A DNA stretch of 34,414 nucleotides from Octopus bimaculoides (taxonomy: Eukaryota). Below are positions 31,439 through 34,414 of this stretch, one piece after another. Numbering within the stretch: position 1 is the first letter of the stretch; every line of letters starts with the position of its first letter. A program made the translations under genes and the position numbers. The stretch covers positions 82,285,818-82,320,231 of the forward strand of contig NC_068988.1 of assembly GCF_001194135.2 (NCBI RefSeq), read 5' to 3'. The notes under the pieces were generated by a model. The model ran no database searches. It was not told where the DNA came from and was given only the letters and a program-made list of their open reading frames with translations.

Positions 31439-32039
31439 ACATGTGGCAGAAAAAGCAACTATTGCACATGTGTTAAAGTAGCTATTGCATATGTAGCATA
31501 AAAATCATTTCAGACATTTCTGCTTAGAAAAAAAAAATAGTACCAGCAGTAGTGGCCTACAGAAGGTTATGTTCCTAAGACAACATGAAAACGTTGACCA
31601 GGGCATCAAGGACCATTCCTCTGCCCATAATCATTGGTAACAGTGAGGACAAAATGGAAGGACAACAACAAAAACTATACACTCCAAAAGAAAGTAGGCA
31701 AAAGAGAATCCCCATCCCAACTACACACACACACACACACACTAACATAGTAGCAGTATCAACCTATCCACTTATGAGACTGGTGAGGAGTTGGAGGCAT
31801 TTATGGAAGACAAAAAATAAATGGCAAAGCTCTTCACCATTGACAGATAAAGACAGACAGCAATCAAGAAGTGTGGGGAAGAGTCCAACAATGAGAAAAA
31901 ACTGCTTCTTTCAAAGTTGTTTACACAAGCAACAAAGATCTGATACAAATAAATTAAACACAAGAAGTTAGTCAGACAAAGTGCTAACCAGTGAGGAATG
32001 ACATCAGAGTACAACGGTCCTAAAAAACAAAAAAGATAG

Positions 32040-32810
32040 GTTGTTGTTAAAATGCACCAAGAGAATCCATGTTGTGTGATATGTCAGTCCAGCTTCAGAC
32101 ATAGGATCTTTCTGATCCACTCTAACCCATGAACTTTGCACAAATGATTCAGTCTTTATAAATAGATGGACAATTTAAAGTGGATAAATCATCAGGACCA
32201 CGGGGAGAAGGCTTGATCAACACAAGTGACAGCTTTCCACTATTATTTGGCAGAATACGAAATCCAGTTAATGATTTTCTATATCTAAGCAGCTGGATAA
32301 GTTCAGCAAAAAAGGGCATTGACATTGAAACTATCAAAGCCTGGGTGGCAATGAACAAAACAGGAAAGATATAGAAGTTAGTTCTATGAAGAAAAATTAA
32401 AATGTCATTCTTCAGAGCATCTGTTGTATCAGTGTTGTTGTATGGATCAAGTTTATAGATCCTGATACAAGCACTTGAGAAGAAACTAGATGGTGATAAA
32501 ACTTAAAGGCTTAGGGTTGTACAAAACATAAACTGGCATTAACATGCTAGAAATGAAAATTTATATGGAAACTTGCCCAGGATAACAACTACAATTGTTC
32601 AAAGATGGTTACAGTTTGCCAGACATTGCTGGAGAAGTAGTTATACACAAGCTACTATTATGGGAACCAACTTACAGGAGACACAGTAGAGGAAGGCTTG
32701 CTTGAATTCTCATTGATCAACTCTCAGATGATACAAACCTCAGTGAGAAGTTACCACGAGCAATGGTAAATCACAGATTGTGGAGAAATTGCCAGGAATG
32801 TTCAACCATG
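32040..32810 (+). pseudogene. RTE-clade LINE reverse transcriptase C-terminal fragment, decayed
   Basis: VNDFLYLSSWI...KAWVAMNK..KI*K...KMSFFRASVVSVLLYGS...LEKKLDG...NINWH*H.RNENLYGNLP...QFARHCWRS...IHKLLLWEP...RGR. Confidence 0.85.
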
Positions 32811-33772
32811 TTATTACAAAGGTGATGCCTTTATAACAAACTAAATCTTGTTTTACTTATTGTTGTTTTCTATTATATTTCTTTAATATCTGTAATCTTT
32901 ACATGTGTTTTACAAATTTTGATTTCATCCTTGTCTTTCTCCTCACTATTACATAACTTGCTTGTCAACCTCACACGTTTTTGTGACCAGCACCATGTAT
33001 TTTGTTATTATTATTATCACTTCATTGTTTTCAAGAAATTTAATTTTCTTCCCACAAAATGGTCAAAGCTGCTTTTTATGCATACAAAGCTGAACCTTTT
33101 CTAAAAAGCCCAGTGAATTGTATCTAAACATTTTGTACTCATTTTGAGCAAACTATTGGTATTCAGATATAATGTGAACAAAAATCTCACCTGTATCCTT
33201 ACACATTCTATGTGACAGTCTTGTTTATCTATCATACTCTTGATCCAAATTTCCTTTGGCAGTATCTTTCTGAATTGCTGAAAATCATTTCTTCTGCATT
33301 TTTCTTCCATATTTCTTTCTTTAACAAAATCCAGCTATTATTGTCATCTTTTTTATCTCCCTCTTATGTTTTTTTGAATAGAACTAAATGGAAATTTCTT
33401 TCCTTCAGAATATGACTTCTATTTTTCCATATTTTCCTGCTTTTTAACCATGGTTTCTATTAACTCTATAAATATCCTTTCACTAAGAAATATTTTTTTC
33501 GCTTCCACAAAAAATTCTAGAGTTATTTTCTTTACTTCATGTACCTCTTCACCAATCATTAACTCCCTTCCTTTTTCTGTCCTTTCCCAGTATATATGGA
33601 CCACATCCGATGAGGTGGGGGAGGTATACATTTCTGTACATTGTGAACAGCTCACACATTTACTTGCTGATGTCCTTCTGTTCATCAACTCACTCTTCCT
33701 CTAATCAATGATATCTACCGCATACTTTATTAGTGATGCTACTCTCAAGTTGATTGCCTAAATGATAATTTC

Positions 33773-34414
33773 TGCCTTCCAGTTGCTCATATTTTTGCTG
33801 CTTTCCTTCACCTCCTTAACTGAAATGACTAGTTCTGCTTGTTTTGGACAGACAACTGTTTGTTTCAGTTCTTGCAACCATTCAGCATCCTTTTAGTGCT
33901 CCTTGTCTTGGCTCCAGATGTCACTCCAAAACCTTTGACTTTCAATGTTATCTGGTATCAACTTTTCATCTGTACACTCTCCATTTATTTCTTTATAGAA
34001 TCTCCTCTGATCTACTTTGAATAACTTATTCTGGTGGTAACCCTTCATTCTTTGTTCGTATCTTACCATCTTTGCTTTCTTTGCAATGAGGCGCTGTTTC
34101 AGTTCCTCCACCACTACTTTCAGGCCCTTTCTTTCAATATTATACTTCCTTTTCAGCACCCTGTATTCTTGTTCGCTTTTAAGCTCCTCTTTCTCTTTTT
34201 GGTCTAACACAGATGTTTCCTTCGAGAGCATATCTAACCCTGCCTGGATTCTTCTTTTCCACCATGGATCTTTTCTTTTGTCACTCCCATTATGTTTCTT
34301 TTTCTTGACATCAACACCCACGTTTTCTACAACAACAATACCTGCTGCCTTGATCAAATTATTTGTTTCTGTGATGTTGTTTGTTCTGATGCATTTCAGA
34401 ATTTTATTGACATT
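33773..34414 (-). pseudogene. R4/Dong-like non-LTR retrotransposon ORF fragment (region just N-terminal of RT), continues past window end
   Basis: 154-aa open stretch DPWWKRRIQ...LKRKYNI...VVEELKQRLIAKKAKMVRYEQR...QNKLFKVDQRRFYKEING...RFWSDIWS, then ...KNMSNWKA where the similarity stops before the expected PGPD. Confidence 0.85.

Overview
AT-rich eukaryotic (animal) genomic DNA from a gapped draft assembly (8 N-gaps, most flanked by microsatellites). It is dense in (TA)n/(CA)n/(TAGA)n/(TATG)n/(GA)n repeats and tRNA-derived SINEs; the repeat repertoire suggests a coleoid cephalopod such as Octopus (inference from recalled repeat families, not a database result). No intact protein-coding gene can be supported; almost all track ORFs are microsatellite, gap or decayed-transposon artefacts. 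Recognisable content: one full-length but inactivated DD34D mariner (9355-10645, TA TSD, TIRs), four fragments of R4/Dong-like RLE-type non-LTR retrotransposons, several decayed RTE-type LINE 3' ends, about 15 SINE copies with shuffled head/core/tail modules, a TTAA-flanked piggyBac-type MITE, a Lep1-like Helitron end and three minisatellites. The most interesting signal is a set of long fold-back (palindromic) elements. Three of them (about 948-1415, 8623-8952, 15435-15691) carry type I hammerhead-ribozyme motifs (stem I-CUGANGA-stem II-GAAAC-near-palindromic stem III-GUA-stem I) reading outward from the palindrome axis, and each ends in a one-sided tail abutting a (TA)n tract. This fits non-autonomous Penelope-like retroelement termini; two have unusually long stem II inserts. 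All alignments and folds were done by eye.
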